A stretch of 41,204 nucleotides of DNA from Methanobacteriota archaeon (GCA_043823295.1 JBDRAY010000067.1:1-41204), one strand, 5' to 3'; counted from the stretch's first letter, positions 1 through 9,008 are shown. Numbers and translations: made by a program. Notes: generated by a model not told the origin, from the letters alone.

Positions 1-71
1 CACCCGCTTACTCAGCCCGTACACGTGACACGCAAACTTAAAAAGCCTTGTTTCACAATACTTTACGCACA

Positions 72-136
72 TTGGGGGAGACCTCCGCTAATTTAGATAA
101 CCACCCCCAAGTGGTTACAAATTAGCACTCCCCCAA
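72..136. repeat. Long imperfect inverted repeat (three stacked stems)
   Basis: TTGGGGGAG(72-80)/CTCCCCCAA(128-136), GCTAATTT(87-94)/AAATTAGC(119-126) and TAACCAC(98-104)/GTGGTTA(111-117) around a CCCCAA loop. Confidence 0.8.
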
Positions 137-185
137 AAAAAGCTAGAGGATTGCAACAGAGCTAATAATATAAAGAAAAACCATA

Positions 186-407
186 TTATTGCTTCTTTTT
201 CCCAGCTCTCTCAAGCTTTCGCCTGAAACCCTCACCCCCCAAAAGCTTTTTGGAAAACTCCCCGCCGTCATCCAGACCGGAAATCTCATCCAAGGAAAGC
301 TCACCCTCCTCAACAAGACGCTCCAAACCGTACTTCAAATATACTCTCGCGAAGTCGCTTCCGTCAACAACCCGAACAAGCTTCCTACTCTTGCCACCCA
401 CTTTCAA
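186..407 (-). CDS. Small hypothetical protein
   Basis: 73-aa ORF co-oriented with the upstream phosphatase, with typical E/K/G/L composition; start (TTG or GTG) uncertain. Confidence 0.55.
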   Translation of the reverse strand: MKVGGKSRKLVRVVDGSDFARVYLKYGLERLVEEGELSLDEISGLDDGGEFSKKLLGGEGFRRKLERAGKKKQ

Positions 408-455
408 ATTCCCCCAACTTTTTTTTTAAACTATAATTTAGCTCTGAATAATTAG

Positions 456-1016
456 TTATACCTTGACTTTTCTCCTGCCTTTGGGCCCGTATACATCAAT
501 GAAATCCCGGCGTAAGCCGACCATTAAACCATCGTCTATCTCCTGCCCCAAATCCCTTGCATAAGTGACTAACGCATTTAATTGATCCGCGCTTTCAACA
601 TACCTGACCCGTTTTAACATCTCATCAAACGGCACTCCTTCATGCAAAAGCAATAAACCAGCCATAGTTCCAGTCCTGCCTTTTCCGCCAACACAATGTA
701 GCAAGACTTTCCCCCGCCCCAGTGAATCATTGACTACGCCTATGAACTCGTCCCTCTGCTCGGGAGTCGGCACCCCCATATTCGGAATCTCGAACGTGAA
801 GTGCTCGATTTTTGTTTTTCCCAACATGTCAGCAAATACTTCCGTGTCAGGGAACTCATGATCCGGGATAAACGAAATCACAGTTTCAATACCGTGCCAT
901 TCAAGCGGTTTCAAGTCTTCGCCAAAAGGAACTGCAGAACCCGCAACCTGTTCCTGGTCATCAAACCACCGAAAATTCCCCGGCAACTCCTCAACATACT
1001 CCTCCTCATGACCCAT
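456..1016 (-). CDS. Dual-specificity/protein-tyrosine phosphatase family protein
   Basis: CX5R P-loop HCVGGKGRTG and Q-loop-like VESADQ. Start placed at the ATG of MGHEEEY because the longer ORF runs through the hairpin module. Confidence 0.85.
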   Translation of the reverse strand: MGHEEEYVEELPGNFRWFDDQEQVAGSAVPFGEDLKPLEWHGIETVISFIPDHEFPDTEVFADMLGKTKIEHFTFEIPNMGVPTPEQRDEFIGVVNDSLGRGKVLLHCVGGKGRTGTMAGLLLLHEGVPFDEMLKRVRYVESADQLNALVTYARDLGQEIDDGLMVGLRRDFIDVYGPKGRRKVKV

Positions 1017-1098
1017 CGTGGGGGGGAAATCCTTACCATAAAAACAATGGCAATAACCAATTAAGAATAGAAAAAACAGGCCAAGAAAAAAGAGTTTA

Positions 1099-1193
1099 CC
1101 GCCGGGGGGACGCTCAAAAATGTTTTGCATTTTTAGCGCGCAGGAATCTCTTATGCGATTCCTAGCGTTTGAACAAACTGTTCGAATCCCTGC
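1099..1193. repeat. Copy of tRNA-Phe 3' end plus three-hairpin module with an inverted T-arm copy
   Basis: CCGCCGGGGGGA at 1099-1110 equals 1552-1563. Hairpins at 1111-1138, 1142-1163 and 1168-1187; GTTCGAATCCC at 1180-1190. Confidence 0.65.
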
Positions 1194-1202
1194 TTTTTTT
1201 AT

Positions 1203-1433
1203 CTAATACTGGAAAGCTACTATTTTACATTCTGAACATAGATGGCCTTCACTCATCGTTGATTTATAGGGTGCAGCTTTCGACAACTTGCTTAAAATAT
1301 TCTTAGGTGATTTTGAAAGACACATTTCATTATCGCCTTCACTTTTCCAATAGATGCCAGATGGGCAACCAACATCTGCATAAGAATACACACTCCCTCC
1401 TACCATATCTTTCCCGCAAACCGGACATTTCAT
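1203..1433 (-). CDS. Small Cys-rich zinc-ribbon-like protein (PF20097/DUF6487-like)
   Basis: N-terminal MKCPVCGKDM..G and C-terminal CSECKIVAFQY pattern; visibly AT-richer than flanking core genes. Confidence 0.75.
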   Translation of the reverse strand: MKCPVCGKDMVGGSVYSYADVGCPSGIYWKSEGDNEMCLSKSPKNILSKLSKAAPYKSTMSEGHLCSECKIVAFQY

Positions 1434-1549
1434 GTAAAGTAATCACTCCATGTGAATAAATGTATTGAGGTCAGTTAAGCATGTATTTTACGTGATAGAA
1501 TCGTAAATCTGAAATAATCGATAGACTGTAGGCCTTTTTAGTGGGAAGG

Positions 1550-1623
1550 TGCCGCCGGGGGGATTTGAACCCCCGACACCTCGGTCTTCAGCCGAGTGCT
1601 CTCCCAATCTGAGCTACAGCGGC
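1550..1623 (-). tRNA. tRNA-Phe (GAA)
   Basis: Minus strand GCCGCTGTAGCTCAGATTGGGAGAGCACTCGGCTGAAGACCGAGGTGTCGGGGGTTCAAATCCCCCCGGCGGCA forms a cloverleaf with anticodon GAA and no intron. Confidence 0.97.
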
Positions 1624-1692
1624 GTTTTGTGCTGTGGGACCGTAGCGTCAGCGGAGGTCGTACTCGCGTGTGCACGGAGCGAGCCGTGCGCT

Positions 1693-1723
1693 GAGTGCTC
1701 TCCCAATCTGAGCTACAGCGGCG
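1693..1723 (-). repeat. Exact 31-bp duplicate of the tRNA-Phe 5' part
   Basis: GAGTGCTCTCCCAATCTGAGCTACAGCGGCG occurs at both 1594-1624 and 1693-1723 (99-bp period). Confidence 0.95.
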
Positions 1724-1746
1724 CAAACTTTTTAGGAAAAAGTTTG

Positions 1747-1760
1747 ATTAAAACCTTTTC
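1747..1760 (-). promoter_or_regulatory. Putative BRE/TATA promoter of the tRNA-Phe locus
   Basis: Minus strand GAAAAGGTTTTAAT about 25 nt upstream of the duplicated tRNA 5' end; similar to the motif before porG. Confidence 0.5.
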
Positions 1761-1811
1761 CTTCATATGTAGCGTGTGTATCTTATATGAGATTTGGTTT
1801 TAAAAGTGTTT

Positions 1812-2345
1812 TTATTCTTTTGGTAGGTGTTTTTTCACGACGCTGTGGAATGCCCGCCATAATTTTTCGACTGCCTCGAGTGTTGGTTCTTGGTCGAAGA
1901 TGAGGTTGTAGTCTTGCTCTCCGCCTCTTCTTCGGATCAACTCGCGGGTGTCTTTTTCTTCGCCAACTAGAACGGCAACTCGGCCTGTAACATCTCCGGT
2001 TTTGACTCGAAGCGCCCGAAGTTCTTTGTCGAAGGCTGTGGCCTGATCCAGGCTTTCCGGGTCGGTGTTGTAGATTACATCCAGGTAAGAGCGGGGCCAG
2101 TAGGCTTTGCCTAAGACAGGGTCTTTGATTTCGTCGGCATCGCCCCATTTCGCGCCCGCGCAACATTCACGGGAAGACTTCACGAATGAGGGTTTAATCA
2201 AGTCCTCAAGGAGTTCGGCGATTGAGACATCAACATCTACGACTTTGCCTGTAGGCAGGGTTAATTCCACTTTCTCGTGGCGCGCCCTAGCAGCCTCACT
2301 AATGACCATGGGAGCTTGCCCGGCTTTCTTGGTGACGACGGTCAT
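1812..2345 (-). CDS. Hypothetical protein
   Basis: 177-aa ATG ORF filling the gap, with normal composition and no recognised motif. Confidence 0.7.
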   Translation of the reverse strand: MTVVTKKAGQAPMVISEAARARHEKVELTLPTGKVVDVDVSIAELLEDLIKPSFVKSSRECCAGAKWGDADEIKDPVLGKAYWPRSYLDVIYNTDPESLDQATAFDKELRALRVKTGDVTGRVAVLVGEEKDTRELIRRRGGEQDYNLIFDQEPTLEAVEKLWRAFHSVVKKHLPKE

Positions 2346-2403
2346 AAGAAAAATATTTGGTAGAATATGCGTATTAATCAGAGGGTTTGTTGGGGGGTTT
2401 TAT

Positions 2404-3720
2404 TTAGTCAGATGGTTTCTTGTGTGGTTTTGTGAGTGTGAGCCCTATTGCTGCTGAGGTAAGGCATGCGATTCCGGCTATCAGGAATGGTGTCGTCCAG
2501 GCTTGAACTGAGCCTGCGGCTGCGTCCTTGAAGTAGCCTGCGACTTGAGGTCCTGCAATGCCTGCAACACCGTAGGCGAGAAACACCCAACCGTAGTTTG
2601 TGCCGACATTCTTGTTTCCGAAGAAGTCGGCTGTTGCGGCGGGAAAGAGCGCGAAGTTTCCGCCGAAATTGAATCCGATAATGCATGCTCCGATTATGAG
2701 GCCGAGTTCTGTCTGGCCGACCTTGAAGAAGAGCAGCATCATGGCGCCTTGGAGTGCGCACATGGCGATGAGCGATGTTTTACGTCCGATTTTGTCTGAG
2801 ATTGTGCCCCACACTATTCTGCCGAGGCCGTTTAGTATTGCGTACCATGCCATGGCCGTTCCCGCGACCACTCCCGCCGCATTGACAGTGAGGTTCGGGT
2901 TGCTAGCGACGAGGGCGTCGATGCCGAAAAGCCTTATGCAGTAGATGACCATGAGGCCTGCGAGCGCTGACCCTGCGAACATGAGCCAGAGCATGAAAAA
3001 TTGTTTCGTCCTAAGCATTTCACTGCTCGTGTAGTCTACCCCGCCCGAAGCTTTCTTGTTTTCCTTTTCTTTGAGAGGCTCCCAGCCGGGGGGTTTGTAG
3101 CCTTCCGGCGGGTTGACCATGACAGTGCTTCCGAGAAGTATGAGGATTAGAAATATTATGCCGTAGATTACGAAGACGCTTTGAACGCCTGGAAGTCCGA
3201 AGACGTTGGTCGTGTTTAAAAGGCCTCCGAACCAGCTGCCCGCAAGCTTAACCCAAAGGGTTGCTCCGAATCCGAAGCCTGCTACTGCAAGCCCGGTAAT
3301 CATGCCTTTTTTGTCTGGAAACCATTTCATGCAAACGGCTATGGGGACTACGTATCCGAGTCCTATGCCTGCGCCACCCACGATTCCGATGAAAAGGAAT
3401 TGGAGTGGGAAGTTTGAGCCATAGAATCCTCCGATGATGTAGCCGAGGCCTAAGACTATTCCGCCCGCCATCGCAATCTTTTTAGGGCCTTTTTTAGCCT
3501 GAAGCCTTCCAGCCAAGACCATGATGACTGCGAAAGTTGCAAGCCCCGCCGAGAAAATCCACGCGGCCTGGGAGGCTGTGAAACCGTAAATCCCGCCTTC
3601 AGAAATCGGGATAGTAATCTGTTTTGTGAAAACGCTCCAACTGTAGATGGCACCCAAGCACAGTTGGATTAAGACAGCCCCTAACACAATAATCCAGCGA
3701 TTAGGTAATTTCTCAGTCAC
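2404..3720 (-). CDS. MFS transporter, oxalate:formate antiporter (OFA) family
   Basis: About 12 TM segments; family-typical GAIYSWSVF, KWFPDKKG.ITGLAVAGFG, NGLGRIVWG.ISDKIGR and FFGNKNVGTNYG. Confidence 0.9.
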   Translation of the reverse strand: MTEKLPNRWIIVLGAVLIQLCLGAIYSWSVFTKQITIPISEGGIYGFTASQAAWIFSAGLATFAVIMVLAGRLQAKKGPKKIAMAGGIVLGLGYIIGGFYGSNFPLQFLFIGIVGGAGIGLGYVVPIAVCMKWFPDKKGMITGLAVAGFGFGATLWVKLAGSWFGGLLNTTNVFGLPGVQSVFVIYGIIFLILILLGSTVMVNPPEGYKPPGWEPLKEKENKKASGGVDYTSSEMLRTKQFFMLWLMFAGSALAGLMVIYCIRLFGIDALVASNPNLTVNAAGVVAGTAMAWYAILNGLGRIVWGTISDKIGRKTSLIAMCALQGAMMLLFFKVGQTELGLIIGACIIGFNFGGNFALFPAATADFFGNKNVGTNYGWVFLAYGVAGIAGPQVAGYFKDAAAGSVQAWTTPFLIAGIACLTSAAIGLTLTKPHKKPSD

Positions 3721-3978
3721 TTACTGGACCTCTGCTTCAGTCCCAAGTGCTTGTCCAGGCAAACCCCTTTCGAATTTCGCGAGGACGCCACCCTTCTTGC
3801 CGTGGACTTTGGAAACCACACCGGAAATCTCCTTGCCGGTTGGAGTCTTCCAGACAACCTTCTTGTCCAAGAGCTTCTCGGCGTCCTCCTTGTTTTTAAC
3901 ACCCTCAACCTCCAAGACGAGCTGGTTGGTCTTCTGAGTGTGTCTTCCACCTCGATAACTTAGGATAACTGCCTTCAT
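3721..3978 (-). CDS. rpl35ae: 50S ribosomal protein L35Ae (eL33)
   Basis: SYRGGRHTQ..NQ, HGKKGGVLAKFERGLPGQALG. Confidence 0.95.
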   Translation of the reverse strand: MKAVILSYRGGRHTQKTNQLVLEVEGVKNKEDAEKLLDKKVVWKTPTGKEISGVVSKVHGKKGGVLAKFERGLPGQALGTEAEVQ

Positions 3979-4067
3979 AGGATATACAAATATGACAGGA
4001 GACTTTAAAAAGACTGGGTTTTTCAGGATATGTCTCGAAGGATTATCGCCAATTGCAATCTTTAATA

Positions 4068-4081
4068 GAAAGGTTTTTAAT
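4068..4081 (+). promoter_or_regulatory. Putative BRE/TATA promoter of the por operon (near-leaderless)
   Basis: GAAAGGTTTTTAAT ending about 25 nt before the porG ATG. Confidence 0.5.
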
Positions 4082-4105
4082 GCTTGAAGTTAAATAGGTT
4101 CCTTC

Positions 4106-4690
4106 ATGCTGACTGAGATTCGATTTCACGGGCGAGGAGGCCAGGGAGCCGTTACCGCCGCCACGATTTTGGCTATCGCAGGATTCAAAGACGGGAAATT
4201 CACTCAAGCCTTTCCGCGCTTCGGAGTCGAGCGGAGAGGTGCGCCCGTTGAGGCTTTCACGCGAATGGACGACAAGTTCATCAGGAGAAAAAGCGCCGTG
4301 TATGAACCGGATATTCTAGTGGTATTGGATAGCACGCTCTTCGGAATACCCGCATCCTCTGGGAAAGAAAGCGGGGCGACGCCCGGACCCATGATCCTTG
4401 AGGGACTCAAGGAGGGTGGCACTGTCATAATCAATACCAACAAGGACCCGGAAAGCTTCGGAATCCATAATACTAAGGTCAAGACGGTTGATGTCACAGC
4501 GCTTGCAATGGAAGTGTTGGGACGCGATATTGTAAACACTGCCATGCTGGGCGCGTTCGCAGGATTCACGGGGATGGTTTCAGTAGACGGGATTACTGAC
4601 GGTATAAACGAGCATTTCTCAGGCTCGATAGCCGCGAAAAACGTCGACCTGGTAAAAAAGGTTTATAAGGAGGCCAAAAAGAATGGTTGA
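4106..4690 (+). CDS. porG: Pyruvate/2-oxoacid:ferredoxin oxidoreductase gamma subunit
   Basis: EIRFHGRGGQGAVTAA, FGVERRGAPV, NTAMLGA. Confidence 0.93.
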   Translation: MLTEIRFHGRGGQGAVTAATILAIAGFKDGKFTQAFPRFGVERRGAPVEAFTRMDDKFIRRKSAVYEPDILVVLDSTLFGIPASSGKESGATPGPMILEGLKEGGTVIINTNKDPESFGIHNTKVKTVDVTALAMEVLGRDIVNTAMLGAFAGFTGMVSVDGITDGINEHFSGSIAAKNVDLVKKVYKEAKKNG

Positions 4691-4988
4691 CTGGGACAAG
4701 ATCACTTACAAGGTGGGCGACGTTGAAGTCACGATGGGTGCGGTCCTTCCAAGCAACGGGTCAACTGCAAACACCAAGACTGGCGGCTGGAAGAGTATGA
4801 GGCCCGTCACAGACCATAAAAAGTGCACGGCCTGCGGGATGTGTTGGACGTTTTGCCCTGAAGCCTGCATTCACCCGCGCAAGGAAGATGGTAAATTCCA
4901 GGCGGACTACGATTACTGCAAAGGCTGTGGGATATGCCCGACAGTATGCCCTGTAAAATGTATTGAGATGGTGCCCGAAGAAAAGTGA
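4683..4988 (+). CDS. porD: Pyruvate:ferredoxin oxidoreductase delta subunit (2x[4Fe-4S])
   Basis: TGGWKSMRP, CTACGMCWTFCP, DYDYCKGCGICPTVCP. Confidence 0.93.
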   Translation: MVDWDKITYKVGDVEVTMGAVLPSNGSTANTKTGGWKSMRPVTDHKKCTACGMCWTFCPEACIHPRKEDGKFQADYDYCKGCGICPTVCPVKCIEMVPEEK

Positions 4989-6157
4989 AGGAATTAATTG
5001 AGGCGTCACACGCGATAGCCGAGGCCGTGAAGGCCATAAGACCCGACGTGATCGCAGCATACCCGATAACGCCACAAACCCACGTAGTCGAAAGGCTCTC
5101 AGACTTTGTGGCAGACGGGGAACTTAAGACCGAGTACATTAACGTGGAAAGCGAGTTCAGCGCGCTCTCGGCCTGCTTGGGGGCTTCGGCAACAGGAGTG
5201 CGCTCATACACCGCAACTGCAAGCCAGGGACTGTCACTCATGGACGAGATACTCTACATCGTCTCGGGAATGAGGCTTCCAGTATGCATGACAATCGTAA
5301 ACCGCTCGCTGTCAGCGCCAATCAACATTTGGAACGACCACCAGGACTCTATGACAGCACGGGATGCGGGATGGATTCAAGTATACGGGGAAACAGGCCA
5401 GGAAGGATACGATTTAACGCTCATGCAGTTTAAGATGAGCGAAGACCACAGAGTGCTGTTGCCTTCAATGATGTGCATTGACGGGTTCACCTTAAGCCAC
5501 GTCTACGAGCCGGTGTACACCCTAACCGACGAGCAAGTCCGAGACTTCCTCCCCGACTACAAGCCCTTGCATGCAGTATTGGATCCGAAAGACCCGATCA
5601 CGCAGGGTCCCATAGGATTTCCAAGCCACTTCATGGAGTTTAGGCGAACCCAGGAGCTGGCCATGAGGGAGTCGCTAAAAGTCATCGAGGAAGTCTACAA
5701 TGACTTTAACAAGCGGTTCCCCATGGAAATACCTGATTCACGACCTGAAAAATACGCTCACTTGGAGCACTATCACACAGAGGATGCGGAAGTCATCCTC
5801 GTAGCCATGGGATCGGTCTGCGGGACGATAAAAGACGTTATCGATGAACAACGAAACAAGGGAGTGAAGGTTGGGTTAGTTAAGATAATAACGCACAGGC
5901 CGTTTCCGTTTGAGGCCTTGAGAGCAGCCCTAAAAAACGCCCAGAAAGTCGCCATCATCGAGAAGGCCATATCCCCAGGACTTGGGGGGCCTGTATTCGG
6001 GGAGATAGCTAGCGCACTCTATGACGAGGAGGACAGACCCGAACTCCGAAACTTCATAGTCGGATTAGGAGGCCGGGACGTAAAGCTTGATCACGTGGAA
6101 AAAATCATCGAAATGACTAAATCAGACAAAGGAAACAAAGAGGAGTGGATGTTTTAA
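4985..6157 (+). CDS. porA: Pyruvate:ferredoxin oxidoreductase alpha subunit
   Basis: AAYPITPQT, VESEFSA, TATASQGL, NRSLSAPINIWNDHQD. Confidence 0.95.
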   Translation: MKELIEASHAIAEAVKAIRPDVIAAYPITPQTHVVERLSDFVADGELKTEYINVESEFSALSACLGASATGVRSYTATASQGLSLMDEILYIVSGMRLPVCMTIVNRSLSAPINIWNDHQDSMTARDAGWIQVYGETGQEGYDLTLMQFKMSEDHRVLLPSMMCIDGFTLSHVYEPVYTLTDEQVRDFLPDYKPLHAVLDPKDPITQGPIGFPSHFMEFRRTQELAMRESLKVIEEVYNDFNKRFPMEIPDSRPEKYAHLEHYHTEDAEVILVAMGSVCGTIKDVIDEQRNKGVKVGLVKIITHRPFPFEALRAALKNAQKVAIIEKAISPGLGGPVFGEIASALYDEEDRPELRNFIVGLGGRDVKLDHVEKIIEMTKSDKGNKEEWMF

Positions 6158-7072
6158 ATGGCTATAGCAGGACTTCCTGAGGAGGAGTATTTTTCACCAG
6201 GACACCGCGCCTGCGCAGGATGCGGGGCGGCAATAGCACTTCGACTCATCACCAAGGCAGCCGGCGAAAACACCGTACTCTGCGAATCAACAGGATGCAT
6301 GGAAGTAGTGTCGACCCCATACCCAGAGACAGCGTGGAAACTCCCCTGGATTCACGGAGCATTTGAAAACAACTCTGCAATAGGCTCGGGAGTTGAGAGG
6401 GCGCTTAGATCACTCGGAAAAGAAGACGTGAATGTTGTCGTGTTCGGAGGAGACGGTGCAACATACGACATCGGATTCGGAGGGTTGTCGGGGACGTTCG
6501 AGCGAGGCCACAACCTGACTTACATCTGCTATGACAATGAAGCGTACATGAACACGGGGATACAGAGATCAAGCTCTACACCGTTCGGGGCTTCAACCAC
6601 CACTTCACCTTCAGGCAAGGAAAGCTTTGGAAAACGCGAGTGGAAGAAGGATATAGTCCACATCATGGCGATGCACGGGAGCCCGTATTGCGCGCAGACC
6701 AGCGTTGGATTCCCGCAGGACGCTTACAAGAAGATAAAGACGGCGATAGAGACTGAAGGTCCGGCTTATGTGAATCTATTCGCTCCATGCCCCACAGGAT
6801 GGAGGCACGACAGTGCCTTAACAGTTGAGATTGCAAAGCTTGCTGTCGACACCGGAGTCTACCCGATTTACGAGATAATCGACGGTAAACACAAGATCAC
6901 GCGTCCCTCAGACGTTGAAAAACTGAAACCCGTGGAAGACTACCTGAAAATTCAGGGCAGGTTCAGACACTTGTTCAAGCCCGAGAAAAACGAGGAAGTA
7001 GTAGGAAAGATACAAGAGCAAGTTAAGGCAAACCTGGAATACATCCTGAAATGCCAGGAAAGTGGCTTATAA
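6158..7072 (+). CDS. porB: Pyruvate:ferredoxin oxidoreductase beta subunit (TPP-binding)
   Basis: PGHRACAGCG, GGDG..YDIG, YDNEAYMNTGIQRS, PCPTGW. Confidence 0.95.
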   Translation: MAIAGLPEEEYFSPGHRACAGCGAAIALRLITKAAGENTVLCESTGCMEVVSTPYPETAWKLPWIHGAFENNSAIGSGVERALRSLGKEDVNVVVFGGDGATYDIGFGGLSGTFERGHNLTYICYDNEAYMNTGIQRSSSTPFGASTTTSPSGKESFGKREWKKDIVHIMAMHGSPYCAQTSVGFPQDAYKKIKTAIETEGPAYVNLFAPCPTGWRHDSALTVEIAKLAVDTGVYPIYEIIDGKHKITRPSDVEKLKPVEDYLKIQGRFRHLFKPEKNEEVVGKIQEQVKANLEYILKCQESGL

Positions 7073-7145
7073 GGGCCCCCACGCTTTTTATATAGTAGTT
7101 CCCATAAATAATTCCATTTTTTCTAAAAAAATAATTAGGTGAAGG

Positions 7146-8291
7146 GTGATGGATTCAATAGTATCAGATGTAATACAAAGGACTGAGTTAGACGAGCCAA
7201 AACAGACAGTGGACTCTAAAAAAGGCACTGACGTAACGTCAGATGAGGAATTACGCAGAATAGTTGAGGGTATAAAGACCTCAATTAAGGTTGTTGGCGC
7301 CGGAGGAGCAGGGTCAAACACAGTCGAAAGACTGGTGGAGATGGGAGTTGAAGGGGGCGACGTAATTGCAGTAAACACGGACGCGCTAGATCTCCTTAAT
7401 ACTCCAGTTAACACCAAGGTTTTGATTGGAACGAGCATTACCGGCGGAATCGGGGCTGGAAACAACCCTGAAGTCGGTGAGGAATGCGCTGAAGCAGACA
7501 TTGAAAAGATTTCTCACGCACTATCAGGTGCAGACCTGGTTTTTGTGACTTGTGGTTTGGGGGGCGGAACCGGAACAGGTTCCGCACCAGTTATTGCCGA
7601 GGTCGCACGAGACCTTCAAGCACTCACAATCGCGATTGTAACACTGCCTTTCACTGTTGAAGGGCGGATGAGGGCGCAAAACGCGCTTCGAGGATTGAAA
7701 AAGCTTAGGAAGTACGCTGACACAGTCATCGTGATTCCAAACGACAGGCTTCTTGACATTGCACCAAACCTTCCGATTAACTCGGCATTCAAGGTCGCGG
7801 ACGAGCTTCTTGCAAACGCTGTTAAGGGCATTACTGAGATGGTTACAAAGCCGGGTCTCGTAAACCTTGACTTTGCAGACGTTCGAGCCGTCATGAAGGA
7901 TGGTGGAAGCGCTATGATCGGTTTAGGTCAGTCGACCAAGGAGACGCCAATGGGCGACCGTTCACGCGAGTCTGTTGAGAAGGCACTTCAGTCGCCTCTT
8001 TTGGATACGGACATTTCTAGTGCGACTGGTGCATTAATCAATATTATTGGGTCTCGCGACATGACTCTTGAAGAGGCTGAAGACATTGTTAGAAGGGTTG
8101 CCGAGCGTATTGACTCTAACTCGCAGATTATTTGGGGTGCCCAGATTGATGAATCATTGGACAGAAATATTATTCAGACGCTTGTGATTCTTTCAGGCGT
8201 TCGAATTCCCGGATACGAGGAAGAATTAGAGGAGCGATTAGAGAAGTCGGAGAGTGTAGATCAGTTTGATATGGGATTGAAAAACATCTAA
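7146..8291 (+). CDS. ftsZ: Cell division protein FtsZ
   Basis: GAGGAGSN, tubulin signature [19 protein letters not shown]; typical position before secE-spt5-rpl11. Start may be 7149. Confidence 0.98.
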   Translation: MMDSIVSDVIQRTELDEPKQTVDSKKGTDVTSDEELRRIVEGIKTSIKVVGAGGAGSNTVERLVEMGVEGGDVIAVNTDALDLLNTPVNTKVLIGTSITGGIGAGNNPEVGEECAEADIEKISHALSGADLVFVTCGLGGGTGTGSAPVIAEVARDLQALTIAIVTLPFTVEGRMRAQNALRGLKKLRKYADTVIVIPNDRLLDIAPNLPINSAFKVADELLANAVKGITEMVTKPGLVNLDFADVRAVMKDGGSAMIGLGQSTKETPMGDRSRESVEKALQSPLLDTDISSATGALINIIGSRDMTLEEAEDIVRRVAERIDSNSQIIWGAQIDESLDRNIIQTLVILSGVRIPGYEEELEERLEKSESVDQFDMGLKNI

Positions 8292-8317
8292 AAAAATCAA
8301 TCCCGCTTATAGCGAAA

Positions 8318-8503
8318 ATGGGACTAAATATAAATATTTCGAAGGCACTTAGCGAAACCAAACGGATTTTACGGTGTACGAGAAAGCCTAGGACGGCCGA
8401 GTTCAGTGAGACTGCAAAAATCACTGGACTTGGGATTATCGTAATCGGTTTCGCGGGATTTGTTGTCTTCTTAATAGCCCAGTTGACTTTGAATTTATTT
8501 TAA
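8318..8503 (+). CDS. secE: Protein translocase SecE/Sec61-gamma
   Basis: RILRCTRKPRTAEF..TAKITGLG followed by one TM segment; synteny. Confidence 0.92.
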   Translation: MGLNINISKALSETKRILRCTRKPRTAEFSETAKITGLGIIVIGFAGFVVFLIAQLTLNLF

Positions 8504-8504
8504 A

Positions 8505-9008
8505 ATGGGAATATACGTCGTTCGTGCTACCGCAGGCCAGGAAAGAGTTGTGGCCGAAATAATGTATCGGGAGGCTTTAAGCCTGAAAGATGAGTTTGAA
8601 AAGCTTGGGAAGGCTGTTTACGGTGTCTTATACACTACGGGCCTTAAAGGATACCTTCTGGTTGAGGCAGACAGCCCGGGAACCGTTGAAGACTTGGCGC
8701 GCAACGTCCCAAAGACTAAGGGGCTGCTACTGAAAAAGAGAGGGGACTTGTCGTCTGCAGGAGTAGTCTCAATAAGCGAGTTGGAAGAGATTCTCGATCC
8801 GACACCCATTGTCACTGAAGTCAACAAGGGCGATCTAGTAGAGCTTATTTCAGGCCCCTTCAAAAACGAGAAGGCTCGTGTAGCTCGGATTGATGCGGAT
8901 AAAAACGAGATTACTGTGGAGTTGATCGAGGCTGCAGTCCCTATCCCGGTGATTGTGCGAGGGGACGATATCAAGATCATTCGAATGGAGGAAGATAAAA
9001 GTGAGTAA
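8505..9008 (+). CDS. spt5: Transcription elongation factor Spt5/NusG
   Basis: NGN domain (TAGQE, LKGYLLVEA) and KOW domain (GDLVELISGPFKNEKARV). Confidence 0.95.
   Translation: MGIYVVRATAGQERVVAEIMYREALSLKDEFEKLGKAVYGVLYTTGLKGYLLVEADSPGTVEDLARNVPKTKGLLLKKRGDLSSAGVVSISELEEILDPTPIVTEVNKGDLVELISGPFKNEKARVARIDADKNEITVELIEAAVPIPVIVRGDDIKIIRMEEDKSE

Noticed and set aside
1017-1130. N-terminal signal or TM extension of the phosphatase, and similar long upstream extensions of aroD, srp54, DUF192 and the TM2 ORF
   Set aside because: The extensions overlap hairpin modules or divergent genes, and internal starts match the family N-termini
1594-1723. Mini CRISPR array
   Set aside because: Only two copies, the repeat is tRNA sequence, the spacer is 68 nt, and no cas genes are present
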